Shown here: positions 27,912 through 38,144 of the stretch, one piece after another
Position numbering within the stretch: position 1 is the stretch's first letter
How the letters are laid out: each line of letters begins with the position of its first letter
DNA from: Promethearchaeota archaeon
GTDB lineage: Archaea; Asgardarchaeota; Lokiarchaeia; Sigyniarchaeales; SOKP01
Length of the DNA stretch: 64,000 bases
Direction of reading: 5' to 3'
Assembly (NCBI GenBank): GCA_016839765.1
Contig: JAEOTP010000016.1
Location: 4,027 to 68,026 of the forward strand
The notes under the pieces: generated by a model
What the model saw: the letters and a program-made list of their open reading frames with translations, nothing else
Told to the model about the DNA's origin: nothing
The model's database searches: none
Program-made: the position numbers and the translations under genes

Positions 27912-30900
27912 TTGATTATAAAACTGAGCCGAACGGGTAAAAGAAGACTAAAAAATTTTGTTCTCTTACTTCTTCTTATTGGAACTCCAATCTTCACCTT
28001 CATTCTTGTAAACACTCGCTTTATTTCATATATTGATGAAGAAAGTGTGGAATATGTCAAAAGAAATGCTGCCTTATTTACAAAGTCCCATCAAAATGAT
28101 GACGGATTATTTTTAGAACCAGACTTAGATACTAATTTTAGAGCCATTGATTCTATTAATTTCACCCATGTGAATAATACAGATTCTCGTTTAATAAATC
28201 CCAACAATTTAAGAAATGATTTAATTAAAAAACTGGCCCCAAATTTCTTTTTCGACTACATATTTGAAAAACAAAATATTAATGGAGCCTATTCAGATAT
28301 AGGTGGTTTAGGGAATATGATTTCTACCTATGAAGCAATAAAAACAATTGAGGTGGCAAATAAATCTTACCTTAATCGTAAAATAATGGAAAATAAAACA
28401 ATCGAAATTATTAATTATCTAAATGATTCATTGAATGGAAATGGGTTGGGATTTAAGGTTGCTCCCCTTTTGAATTATTCGGACATCATCTCAACATCTT
28501 ATGCAATTGAATTAGCCCAAATTCTTTCGGGAGCTTCGATATTAAATAATAAAAATATAAGTAAATATATAAATTCTACATGGGTAATAACAGGGGGGTA
28601 TGCTTTGACTAATTTCTCCTTAATTCCTACTCCTGAAACCACTTTTCATGGAATTCGAGCATATATTGGCATGAATATGACTTATGATAATGCGAGTGAA
28701 TTTGCTATTTCATCCTATATTAACTCATCATATAATATGGATGGGGGTTTTAGAAATAGTCTTGGGCTGATTTCTGACATTGAATCAACATATTACTGTT
28801 TAGCATCTTTAGATTTATTAAATTTACCTATAATTAATGAAAATACTACTCTTAATTTCATTTTAAATTGCAGTAATCCAGACGGAGGTTTTAGTCAGCA
28901 TCCAGTTTTTACAACACCATCAGACTTTAATTATGGTTGGGCTGCAATGAAAGCCTTATCAATTTTAGAAAAATTATATAACTTTACACCCAGTATTGAA
29001 AATAGAATAAATGAAATAAAACTTAATTATTATAACTGGTTGCATGATCACCAAGCAATAAATTCTTTATTTGGTCATATCACTTTAGAATATAATTATT
29101 TTGGAGTTTTAGCATTAAGAAATTATAGTCCTGAAAATCTATATGAATGGATTAATACCACACAGACCGATAATATATTAGCTTATGTTTATAATTGTTA
29201 TAATATAGAGGATGGTGGCTTTGGTTCAAGACCGGATTTAAATTCTACTCTTTTTTCAACGTATTGTGCCCTGAATTTAATCAACTTTATTGAACCGTAT
29301 GAGTTAAATCAATTTCACGAGCAAAATAAATCAAAAACCATACACTATTTAGTAGGTCTCCAAAATCCTGATGGAGGTTTTAGAGTCGGAAATGATATTG
29401 ATTTTTTACTTTCCTTATTCGGCCCGTATTATAACTATTTCCTAAATTTAATCAATACAAATGTTTCTATGGTGGAAAGTACGTATTGGGCATTAATTTC
29501 GCTTGACATACTTCAAAGTAGTCATTTAATTGATCGAAATAACCTTTCACATTGGATAAAATCATGTCAAAATCCAGACGGAGGTTTTTCAATTTTTATT
29601 GGATTTCATAGTGATATAATCTCTACATATTTTGGTCTTGAAATATTTAACCAATTTTTTTCTTCTGAACCAATGGCCAAGATTGCTGTAATTGAATTCT
29701 TAAAACTTGCGCAAATGTCTGATGGAAGTTTTTCAATATTACCCGCTATAGGTCAATTCATAGAATTACCATCAACATTTTTAGTTACATATTTAGCGTC
29801 TAAGGCTCTCTACGATTACCGTTTTCAACCAGAAGATATTCAAGGAGCATTAAATTGGTATAGAGAATGCATAAGTGAAACAACTGGGGGTTTTGGAGAT
29901 AACCCGGGTTTTGGAGGAGATTTAAGAAATGCCGCTTATGGAATAGTTATAATTGATGAACTAAAACATGATCAGGCTTTTGATTCTAAACCATGGAATG
30001 ATTTGTTATTTTATATTCTTATTGTTGAGCTTATAGGTTTCGGATTATTTATCTTATTGAAGTTATATCAGAGGCTTTCTATTCCACAGAGGATAAAATT
30101 ATTATTTGGAATAGGAGAAAAGTTAACTCCGTCATACCTGCAACAATTTCCTGCTATAAACTGCGAAAATTTTAGTGTATATGCTGGTGGGACATTGATA
30201 GTTGATTCAGTATCAATGAGTATATCGCATGGTAAAATTCTTGGCATTCTAGGAGAAAGTGGAGCTGGGAAGTCAACATTTATAAAGGGTTTACTAGGTA
30301 TGAGAAAAACCACAGGATTTTGCCAAATTTATGGAATGAACATGAGTAAGAGAACATCAAAAAGAATACGACCCATTTATGGTTATGTACCTCAAGATTT
30401 GGGAAAACTTTATCATAATTTCACCACTTTAGAAAATTTATTATATTTTGGGAATCAATATGGATTGACTGAAAAAGAGATAATAAGTAAATCTAAAAGG
30501 ATACTGAGAAGCTTAGATATTGAAGACAAGATGCAAGAATTAGTAAAAAATTTATCTGGGGGCGAAAAAAGGCGAGTTAGTATTGCTATTGGTTTGACAC
30601 ATTCCCCAATTTTTCTTATTTTAGATGAACCAACTTCTGGATTAGATCCAATAATAAGGGAGAGTTTATGGCTAACACTTACAAAAATTAATGAGCAATT
30701 TAAAACCACACTAATAGTTATCACACATTATCCAGAAGAATCGCGTTTTTGTAATGATGTAGCAATTTTCGGGAGAAAACGGGGCATGATTGATTTTGGA
30801 AAGCCAAAAGAACTGCTAGATCAATTACCAGGGAAAGGACGCTCAGTGGAGCTACAGTTTTATAAGCCTATTGAAAATGCCATAGAATCGCTTGAATCTA

Positions 30901-31103
30901 TTGAAGGCATCGAAAAGGTTTTAGAAAATAAGGTTGGAACAAATTTTTCAATCTTTACCAACTTAAATGTAAATGAATTATTTAATAAAATAGAAAATGT
31001 AATTGGTAACGATTCTGTTCAATTATTAAAACAAATAGATTCAAAGATGGAACAATTCTTTAGATATAAAGCTATGGAGGTGCCTAAAATTGAAAAGCTT
31101 TAA
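27912..31103 (+). CDS. Fusion: TM - prenyltransferase/squalene-cyclase-like alpha/alpha repeat ectodomain - TM - ABC ATPase
   Basis: About eight (C/Q)xNxDGGF-type repeats with ..STY.AL helices between two TM segments. The NBD has GESGAGKS, LSGGEKRR, LILDEPT and ITHY. Confidence 0.85.
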   Translation: MIIKLSRTGKRRLKNFVLLLLLIGTPIFTFILVNTRFISYIDEESVEYVKRNAALFTKSHQNDDGLFLEPDLDTNFRAIDSINFTHVNNTDSRLINPNNLRNDLIKKLAPNFFFDYIFEKQNINGAYSDIGGLGNMISTYEAIKTIEVANKSYLNRKIMENKTIEIINYLNDSLNGNGLGFKVAPLLNYSDIISTSYAIELAQILSGASILNNKNISKYINSTWVITGGYALTNFSLIPTPETTFHGIRAYIGMNMTYDNASEFAISSYINSSYNMDGGFRNSLGLISDIESTYYCLASLDLLNLPIINENTTLNFILNCSNPDGGFSQHPVFTTPSDFNYGWAAMKALSILEKLYNFTPSIENRINEIKLNYYNWLHDHQAINSLFGHITLEYNYFGVLALRNYSPENLYEWINTTQTDNILAYVYNCYNIEDGGFGSRPDLNSTLFSTYCALNLINFIEPYELNQFHEQNKSKTIHYLVGLQNPDGGFRVGNDIDFLLSLFGPYYNYFLNLINTNVSMVESTYWALISLDILQSSHLIDRNNLSHWIKSCQNPDGGFSIFIGFHSDIISTYFGLEIFNQFFSSEPMAKIAVIEFLKLAQMSDGSFSILPAIGQFIELPSTFLVTYLASKALYDYRFQPEDIQGALNWYRECISETTGGFGDNPGFGGDLRNAAYGIVIIDELKHDQAFDSKPWNDLLFYILIVELIGFGLFILLKLYQRLSIPQRIKLLFGIGEKLTPSYLQQFPAINCENFSVYAGGTLIVDSVSMSISHGKILGILGESGAGKSTFIKGLLGMRKTTGFCQIYGMNMSKRTSKRIRPIYGYVPQDLGKLYHNFTTLENLLYFGNQYGLTEKEIISKSKRILRSLDIEDKMQELVKNLSGGEKRRVSIAIGLTHSPIFLILDEPTSGLDPIIRESLWLTLTKINEQFKTTLIVITHYPEESRFCNDVAIFGRKRGMIDFGKPKELLDQLPGKGRSVELQFYKPIENAIESLESIEGIEKVLENKVGTNFSIFTNLNVNELFNKIENVIGNDSVQLLKQIDSKMEQFFRYKAMEVPKIEKL

Positions 31104-32793
31104 AATGAGCGAACTAGAGCGCCTTAGACTAAAAACTTTAGACGCTATACGCTTTTCTAAACGATTTTGGATGACATATAGGGAAAATACTTTTGGAATT
31201 GCCTCTATTATAAATTTAGTTTATAAAAAGTCTTTTTTTGAAGTTTTATTCTTTACAAATAAAGATGTTCTAGAGAAGGGAGTCCCTTTATTAAAAATTT
31301 ATACTCCTATCGAAGAGCAAATAGATTTTGATGAAATCATAGTAGAACCTGATTTTGATGATGATGGACTTGTTAGTCCGGTGAAAATCATCGGTCGAAT
31401 GAGAAAGCTTATAAGAAGAGAGTTTCAGAAACATTTAGCATTCTTGGATAAAGAAATAGAACTTCTTGATGAAATATATGAAAATTTCCCCATAGATAAT
31501 ATTCCTTACCATAGAGAAATAGGCATTTATTTCCCTGATTTTGTAGTAAAGCTTAACATAAATTTTGAAAAATTTCCATCTATTCCTTCCTTTTCTTTTT
31601 CAAAAACTCTTTCAAGAATTGTAAGTGAAAGAGAATTTAACGAATCTGCTATTATCACAGACTGGAATGAATTAAACCCACCTCATATATATGAGTTAGT
31701 AGAAAAATTAACTCAAATTGTAACCGATCGTTTAAAAGTAGAACCTATAAAATTTAATTCTCAACACCTTGTGGTTGATAATTTTTCAATAGGGGGTAAT
31801 ATAAAAGACATCTCATTTAAGATCCATAGAGGTAAATCAATAGGGATTGTTTATGATAAAGAATTGTTCGAGAATGCGGAGCATAGTTTGACATTATTAA
31901 AACTTTTTGAGGCTATATCAGGTGAACATCCTAATTTTTCAGGCAGAATTGAGATCTTTGGTAGATATGTTCAATTATTACCCGCATATGATATGGAGAG
32001 AATTTTTATCTTACCCCAAGCTTATGAGTCAAAATTAACTAAAATGAAGCTTAAAAAAGCAGTTCAATATAGTATAGATATTAAGGGTATCCTTAAAGAA
32101 AGAAAAGTTGCTTTGGATAAGGTTTTAAAAAATGCAGGATTAACTTCTAAAATGGGAGATATCGTGAATGATCTTCTTACAGAAGCACCTCTTTTACAAT
32201 TTACTCGGAGGAAAGAATTTATTAAAAATGCTTTAACAGCCACGGGTTTGTGGAATAAAAAGAAAAAAAGATTTTCTCAATTAACACCTTTAGAATTTTT
32301 ACTATTTTCAATTGGAAGAGCATTGCTTCAATCACCTATAATTGTAATGTTTTCAATACCTTTTGGATTACTTAATAGAATAGACTTTGAGAAATTCAAC
32401 AAATATATGAATCGCATAAAAGAAGTATTCCATATAATACTTATTTTTCATGGCCCAGAAGGAATTGCTTCAAAATGTGATCAAATTCTAACTGTTTCTC
32501 AAAGTGTATCTAAAATAGGAACCCATGAGGACTACATCAATGCACTACCATATGCGGGTGAATATATTACAGTTGAATTCAATAATGCAGATGAGAATTT
32601 AATTAAGAAAATAAATGAATTCGAAGAAGTTAATAGAATAATTGAAGAAAGGAAAAATGAAAAATATAAGATATACATAAAAGAAAATCCAGATAAATTA
32701 ATAATAAATTTAACAGAATTGTTTGGAGCAAATCTTTTTAGCTTCAAAATTTCAAAAGCATCAATAGGTGATTATTTAGAATTTAACCAATAA
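31090..32793 (+). CDS. Degenerate ABC ATPase with N-terminal RWD/UBC-like region
   Basis: The NBD scaffold is recognisable (ISFKIHRGKSIG, FSGRIEIFG, ILPQ, SIGRALLQSP), but Walker A GK, LSGG and Walker B DE are lost. The N-terminal region has KLNINFEKFPSIP ... WNELNPPHIYELV. Confidence 0.7.
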   Translation: MKSFKMSELERLRLKTLDAIRFSKRFWMTYRENTFGIASIINLVYKKSFFEVLFFTNKDVLEKGVPLLKIYTPIEEQIDFDEIIVEPDFDDDGLVSPVKIIGRMRKLIRREFQKHLAFLDKEIELLDEIYENFPIDNIPYHREIGIYFPDFVVKLNINFEKFPSIPSFSFSKTLSRIVSEREFNESAIITDWNELNPPHIYELVEKLTQIVTDRLKVEPIKFNSQHLVVDNFSIGGNIKDISFKIHRGKSIGIVYDKELFENAEHSLTLLKLFEAISGEHPNFSGRIEIFGRYVQLLPAYDMERIFILPQAYESKLTKMKLKKAVQYSIDIKGILKERKVALDKVLKNAGLTSKMGDIVNDLLTEAPLLQFTRRKEFIKNALTATGLWNKKKKRFSQLTPLEFLLFSIGRALLQSPIIVMFSIPFGLLNRIDFEKFNKYMNRIKEVFHIILIFHGPEGIASKCDQILTVSQSVSKIGTHEDYINALPYAGEYITVEFNNADENLIKKINEFEEVNRIIEERKNEKYKIYIKENPDKLIINLTELFGANLFSFKISKASIGDYLEFNQ

Positions 32794-32809
32794 ATTATGA
32801 GGTAATTGT

Positions 32810-33613
32810 ATGTTTAAGAGTCTTTATATTATGGATGAAAATGGAATTGTTTTATATTCTAAAAATTTTATGAGAGAGAAGTATGATGATAATATTTTAG
32901 TAGGATTTTTCGCATCAATCGCTAATTTTAGCAGGGAAGCATTAGGAAGTGTAATTAAAAACGTTGATTTAGGACAAAATAATAAGCTTATCTTACTTCC
33001 CATCTCAGAAGAAAATCTACTAGGAGCTGTAATTGTTAGTTCAAATGATAATAACCAGTTAATTTTAACTATTTTAAGAGATATTTTACAAGATTTTATT
33101 GATACTTTCGCTCCAGATTTCGATCCTGAAAAAATTTTTGAGGAGGAAATGGAAAAAATAATCCAAAATAATATGAAAGGTAAAATAATGCAATCACCAA
33201 AAATTAGATTTTTACTTGCTTGGTTAATTGCGGCACCATTATCGTATCTACTTATTTTTTTAAGTATTTTCGCTACGGATTTTCTTTATTCTATTTTTCG
33301 GCTGAACCAATATTTAAATCCTGCCCAAATTTTAACTCGCTTTACGCCATCCTTAATTTTATTATCAACAGTAAATATAGTCATACTATTTCTGCTTCCA
33401 AACTTAATCCTTGGGTATCTTTCTCCCAATTGGAAAATCGCTACAGTAAATTCTTTTATACATTTGGCGGTTACAATAACGTTATATTTCTTTTCTATAG
33501 AACCTAACTTTGCATACATAATTGTAGGATACCTCCCCTTAGCGTTAATTTTTTCATTGTTCTTCCTTTTCATCGGTATTCGTTATTCTTCAAAAAAATT
33601 CTTAAAAAAATAA
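32810..33613 (+). CDS. Longin-like domain fused to multi-pass membrane domain
   Basis: KSLYIMDENGIVLYSKNF ... LVGFFASIANFSRE ... IKNVDLG longin pattern followed by about four TM helices. Confidence 0.7.
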   Translation: MFKSLYIMDENGIVLYSKNFMREKYDDNILVGFFASIANFSREALGSVIKNVDLGQNNKLILLPISEENLLGAVIVSSNDNNQLILTILRDILQDFIDTFAPDFDPEKIFEEEMEKIIQNNMKGKIMQSPKIRFLLAWLIAAPLSYLLIFLSIFATDFLYSIFRLNQYLNPAQILTRFTPSLILLSTVNIVILFLLPNLILGYLSPNWKIATVNSFIHLAVTITLYFFSIEPNFAYIIVGYLPLALIFSLFFLFIGIRYSSKKFLKK

Positions 33614-33778
33614 TTAAAATTAATCTTAATTCTATCATTTTCTACTCATTTGTGTATAAAAAATTTCATAATACGAATCATTAAATAACCCAATTTTTAT
33701 CTATCTATTTAGCTAGAAAAGGGTTAACAATTAGGTCAAACTTATCTTCTGATAGAGATAAAGACTGTTGATAATATT

Positions 33779-36028
33779 TTGAGCAATAAAAATCTTAAGT
33801 TGGACTTTAATGTCGGAAATTATAAGTCTATTTTTAATACTATACCTACTCCCACTTATATCTGGAAAGTAGATAATGATGATTTCAAATTAATTGATTG
33901 TAATAAAGCAGCAGAAATTATTACTGAAGGAAAAATTTTAGATTATTTAGGTTTAAGTTTAATAGACATATATGATGAAGATTCTGAAGTCTCTAAGGAT
34001 CTAAAAAAGTGTTTTTATGAAAAAATTAATTTTTCAAAAGAAATGCTTTATAAATATAAGAGTACTGGTAAACAGAAGGTTCTTTATACAACCTATAACT
34101 TTATACCACCGAATCTTGTTATTGTCTTTACAGAAGATATCAGTAAACAAAAAGAAGCAGAAAGTTTATTGAAAAAGACTGAAGGCGAAAAATCTATAAT
34201 ATTAGAAAGCATTTCAGAGCATATTGTTTATCAAGATTTAAATAATAGAATTATCTGGACAAATAAAGCCGCAGCAGATTCAGTTGGTTTAACTAGCGAT
34301 CAATTAATTGGAAAAAAATGTCATAAGATTTGGAATAACCGTGATGATAAATGTCCTGGTTGTCCAGTTATTTCTGCAGTTGAAACTTGTAAACCGACTA
34401 TGGCAGAAATGACTACTCCAGATGGCAGAGTATGGTTAGTTAAAGGATTTCCCGTTTTTGATGAAAAAGGAAATGTTATAGCCGCTGTTGAAATCACTAA
34501 TGAAATTACAAAGATTAAACAGGCTGAAGAAAAATTAAAAGTTTCAGAACTACAATATCGTAATACAATTGATTCAATGGGCGATGCTATACACGTCATT
34601 GATAAAGATTTAAGACTTATTCTTATTAATCCAGCAATTATAAGATGGCTTGAGGTTTTAGGTTTACAAACCGATGTTATAGGTAAAAAACTAAATGAGG
34701 CCTTTCCTTTTTTACCTGAAAAAGTTCTTGATGAATACAAACAGGTATTAGATTCTGGAGAAACCCTTATTACGGACGAGGAGACTTTTATTAAGGGAAA
34801 AACTTACTGTACTGAATCTCGAAAGATTCCAATAATTAGTAAGGGAAAGATAAATCAAATTGTAACTATTGTCCGTGATTTTGGTGAAAGGAAAATCTCT
34901 GAGCAAAAATTAAAAGCATCAGAAAAAAAGTTTCGTCACCTTTTTGACACTTCTCCTTATGGCATAGTATTGTTAGATCTTAAAGGCGATATAATCGATT
35001 GTAACACATCTACAAATAGGTTTTTATCAAAACATACGATAGATGATTTGATTGGTAGAAATTTTAGAGAAATTTGGTTCATTCATGAAAAAAACAAAAA
35101 TTTAATATCTTTTTTCGAAAACATAATTGAAAGAGTAATAAATGGTGAAAAGATTAAAAATTTGGAATTCCCTATAAATAGATCACTTGGAGGTATAATT
35201 TGGGTAAATAGTAGTATATCATTGACAAAGTTAGGAGACGAATCATTAATACAATTCATATTAGAGGATATTTCAGATAAAAAAAAAGCTGCAACCGAGT
35301 TAAAAGAATCAGAAAAAAGATATCGTGAAGCTTTTAATCGTTCTAATTTTTATAAGGATCTTTTCGCTCATGATATAAATAATATTTTTCAAAATATTCA
35401 ATCATCCTCTGAATTACTCTCTTTATTATTAGATGAAATGAATATTACTAAAGGAAATAATTTTGTAGATATTATTAAAGATCAAATTATTAGAGGCTCA
35501 ACTTTAATTTCAAATGTAAGGAAACTTTCAGAAATTGAAGAAATTGAATCTCCATTGAAAAAAGTTGAATTATTTGGAGTTCTTAATGAAGTTAAGAATT
35601 ATATCATTAAATCCTTTCAAAATAGAAAGATTAATCTTGAAATTCTCTCTGATGAAAAGCAAATATTTGTTAATGCAAATGAGATATTACCAGATGTATT
35701 TGAAAATATTTTAATTAATGCTATAAGATATAACCAAAACTCTTTAATAGAATTAATGATAAGGGTGTCTAAAGACATTTCTGATGGAAAAAATTTCATT
35801 CGAATGGAATTTATCGACAACGGTATCGGCATTCCAAATGAAATGAAAGAAAAAGTTTTTCAGAGAGGTTATAATCACAGGGGTATTATTAAGGGCTTGG
35901 GGCTGGGATTAACACTTGTAAAGAAAGTAATTGGAATTTACAATGGACAAATTTGGGTCGAAGATAAAGTTATTGGTGATTACACTCAAGGAAGTAAATT
36001 TATATTATTAATCCCAGAGGTGGAGTAA
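33779..36028 (+). CDS. Cytoplasmic multi-PAS sensor histidine kinase
   Basis: About four PAS repeats, H-box FAHDINN, N-box FENILINAIRY, DNGIGIP and GLGLGL; no TM segment. Confidence 0.93.
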   Translation: MSNKNLKLDFNVGNYKSIFNTIPTPTYIWKVDNDDFKLIDCNKAAEIITEGKILDYLGLSLIDIYDEDSEVSKDLKKCFYEKINFSKEMLYKYKSTGKQKVLYTTYNFIPPNLVIVFTEDISKQKEAESLLKKTEGEKSIILESISEHIVYQDLNNRIIWTNKAAADSVGLTSDQLIGKKCHKIWNNRDDKCPGCPVISAVETCKPTMAEMTTPDGRVWLVKGFPVFDEKGNVIAAVEITNEITKIKQAEEKLKVSELQYRNTIDSMGDAIHVIDKDLRLILINPAIIRWLEVLGLQTDVIGKKLNEAFPFLPEKVLDEYKQVLDSGETLITDEETFIKGKTYCTESRKIPIISKGKINQIVTIVRDFGERKISEQKLKASEKKFRHLFDTSPYGIVLLDLKGDIIDCNTSTNRFLSKHTIDDLIGRNFREIWFIHEKNKNLISFFENIIERVINGEKIKNLEFPINRSLGGIIWVNSSISLTKLGDESLIQFILEDISDKKKAATELKESEKRYREAFNRSNFYKDLFAHDINNIFQNIQSSSELLSLLLDEMNITKGNNFVDIIKDQIIRGSTLISNVRKLSEIEEIESPLKKVELFGVLNEVKNYIIKSFQNRKINLEILSDEKQIFVNANEILPDVFENILINAIRYNQNSLIELMIRVSKDISDGKNFIRMEFIDNGIGIPNEMKEKVFQRGYNHRGIIKGLGLGLTLVKKVIGIYNGQIWVEDKVIGDYTQGSKFILLIPEVE

Positions 36029-36029
36029 T

Positions 36030-36410
36030 TTGACTTCAATTTTGATTGTAGAGGATGACATATACCTGCAAAAATTATATGAAATGATGTTAAAAACCCA
36101 AGGATTTAAGATAATTGGCAAAGCAGGGAATGGCTCTGAAGCAATTAATATTTTTAAGGCTCTACGAAATAAACCTGACATTGTTTTGATGGATCACAGA
36201 ATGCCCATTAAAAATGGAATCGATACTACTCTCGAACTTACTAGATTAAATTCTCATACTAAAATTATATTTATTAGCGCAGATAATTCCGTGAAAAAAC
36301 AGGCGCTCTCAATTGGAGCAAAGAGTTTTATTGAAAAACCGTTCAGTATTGATCAACTAAATAATGTAATTAAGAAAGTTATAGAAAACTCTAAAGTTGT
36401 GAATAATTAA
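36030..36410 (+). CDS. Stand-alone response regulator (receiver domain)
   Basis: ILIVEDD, PDIVLMDHRMP (phospho-Asp), ISA and KPF. Confidence 0.95.
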   Translation: MTSILIVEDDIYLQKLYEMMLKTQGFKIIGKAGNGSEAINIFKALRNKPDIVLMDHRMPIKNGIDTTLELTRLNSHTKIIFISADNSVKKQALSIGAKSFIEKPFSIDQLNNVIKKVIENSKVVNN

Positions 36411-36613
36411 GCAAAAGCAAAGCGGTTATTCTATTTTGATTTTGAAAAAAAAATTATGATTTTTAAATAATTTTTTTATCTTTATAAGAAATCATCATTG
36501 CAATTATAAGAAAAAATCTTCCTTTTTTTGAAAAACCCCATAACAAATTTAAAATTCAGTACTTAATTTTCTAAAATAATTTGTTAAACTTAAAAAATCA
36601 AAAAATATGAAGA

Positions 36614-38122
36614 TTGGTTAAAAGGTTAAGGTTTATGAGCTATAAATTAGCAGATGAAAAAGATTTAGAAGCTATGATTGGTATTGTGGGAAAAGATTAT
36701 GCTACCAATAACAAGGCAATTACAGCGTCATATCTTTCCAAATCTGTAATGGGATTAGAGTCACAAATTCCTGATATCGTCATACGCCCTAAATACGTAG
36801 AAGAGATTCGTAAAATACTACTTTACTGCTCTGCAGAAAAAATTGCAGTCTCACCGATTTCAGCCGGACTATCTGGCGGTTTTGCGTGTCCGACTATTAA
36901 GCCTGCTGGAGTTATGCTTGATTTAGGTAGAATGAATAGAATTATCGAAGTCGATACAGAAAATCGATATGTCGTAGTCGAACCGGGAGTCACGATTGGA
37001 GAGCTGTGGGCTTACATGCACAAGAATTATCCAGAGTGGGCGCCTCCCGTACCAGACGGTGCTCCACCAGCTTCTACCGTAATGGGTGATGCTATCGATC
37101 GAGGGTTTTCCCTTTACACTAGTTCCGTTGGTCCACAAGGTGATAATTTTATGTGCGGTGAGATAGTGTTTCCAAATGGAGATATTGTGCGAACCGGTTC
37201 TTGGGCTCTTCCATTTGCGAAACCGTTCTATAAATACGGACTAGGTCCAGATATCTGGTCCTTTTTAATGGGTTCACAAGGAGCTCTAGGCGTAATGACT
37301 AAAGTTGCAGTTAAAATATATCCACATCCAAAATTTAAGACTGTAGTTGTGTGGGGCATGTCCAATCCTGAGGATATGCAGAACTTAACACTTGAAATTG
37401 GAAAACAAGAATTTGGAATTGCACACAACACCGTTATGGTTCAAGGTGGGAACTATCCATTAGTAATGACACGTTGGCCAAAAGATAAAGTTCCTCACGA
37501 TTATGAATTCTACGAACAGCTAGGAATTAGTAAGTGGTGGATGAATTGGGAGTGCTGGGCACAAACTCAAGAAGAGTTAGATTATGTGGTTAATAGAATC
37601 AATAAAATGGCTGAAGATTTTAAGAAAAATAGAGCTAAAGATCCTGATGGTATAAAACCTCAGGAACTACATCCCAAACAAATCGCAAGCAGATTGAAGA
37701 AACCCAATAAGATTGCGATTCCTTATTCATTCTGGGAGGCAGGATTTTTATTCATTACGTTCTATACACCATGGAACGAATGCGCCCATTTTGCTGAAAT
37801 GTACTGTAAAGCTATGGAAGATCGAGGATTTCCACCAGTAATGTGGATTGCTAGTATTGAGCGTTGTAGGCAAGCAATTTGTATGCCAATTATTTGTTTC
37901 GATAGCACAAAACAATCAGATTTCGAAAAAGTTCAAGAGATGAATAGAGAAACAACAGAATACGCGCTTAAGCAAGGGTGGTTGAATTATCGTCCAGATC
38001 CATACATCCATGCACCTCTCACTTATTCTCAAGCAGGAATGTATTGGAAATATTTGAGGATGATGAAGAAAATGTTTGATCCTAATATGATAATGCATCC
38101 CGGAAGACTTGCTCTTCCTTAA
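36614..38122 (+). CDS. FAD-binding oxidoreductase (GlcD/VAO superfamily); likely start ATG 36636
   Basis: PDIVIRP, MLDLGRMNRIIEVD, VEPGVT, G.IVRTGS, GPD....MGSQG..GVMT and FDPNMIMHPG. Confidence 0.9.
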   Translation: MVKRLRFMSYKLADEKDLEAMIGIVGKDYATNNKAITASYLSKSVMGLESQIPDIVIRPKYVEEIRKILLYCSAEKIAVSPISAGLSGGFACPTIKPAGVMLDLGRMNRIIEVDTENRYVVVEPGVTIGELWAYMHKNYPEWAPPVPDGAPPASTVMGDAIDRGFSLYTSSVGPQGDNFMCGEIVFPNGDIVRTGSWALPFAKPFYKYGLGPDIWSFLMGSQGALGVMTKVAVKIYPHPKFKTVVVWGMSNPEDMQNLTLEIGKQEFGIAHNTVMVQGGNYPLVMTRWPKDKVPHDYEFYEQLGISKWWMNWECWAQTQEELDYVVNRINKMAEDFKKNRAKDPDGIKPQELHPKQIASRLKKPNKIAIPYSFWEAGFLFITFYTPWNECAHFAEMYCKAMEDRGFPPVMWIASIERCRQAICMPIICFDSTKQSDFEKVQEMNRETTEYALKQGWLNYRPDPYIHAPLTYSQAGMYWKYLRMMKKMFDPNMIMHPGRLALP

Positions 38123-38144
38123 TTGAGTAAGGAGGTAAAAAAAA

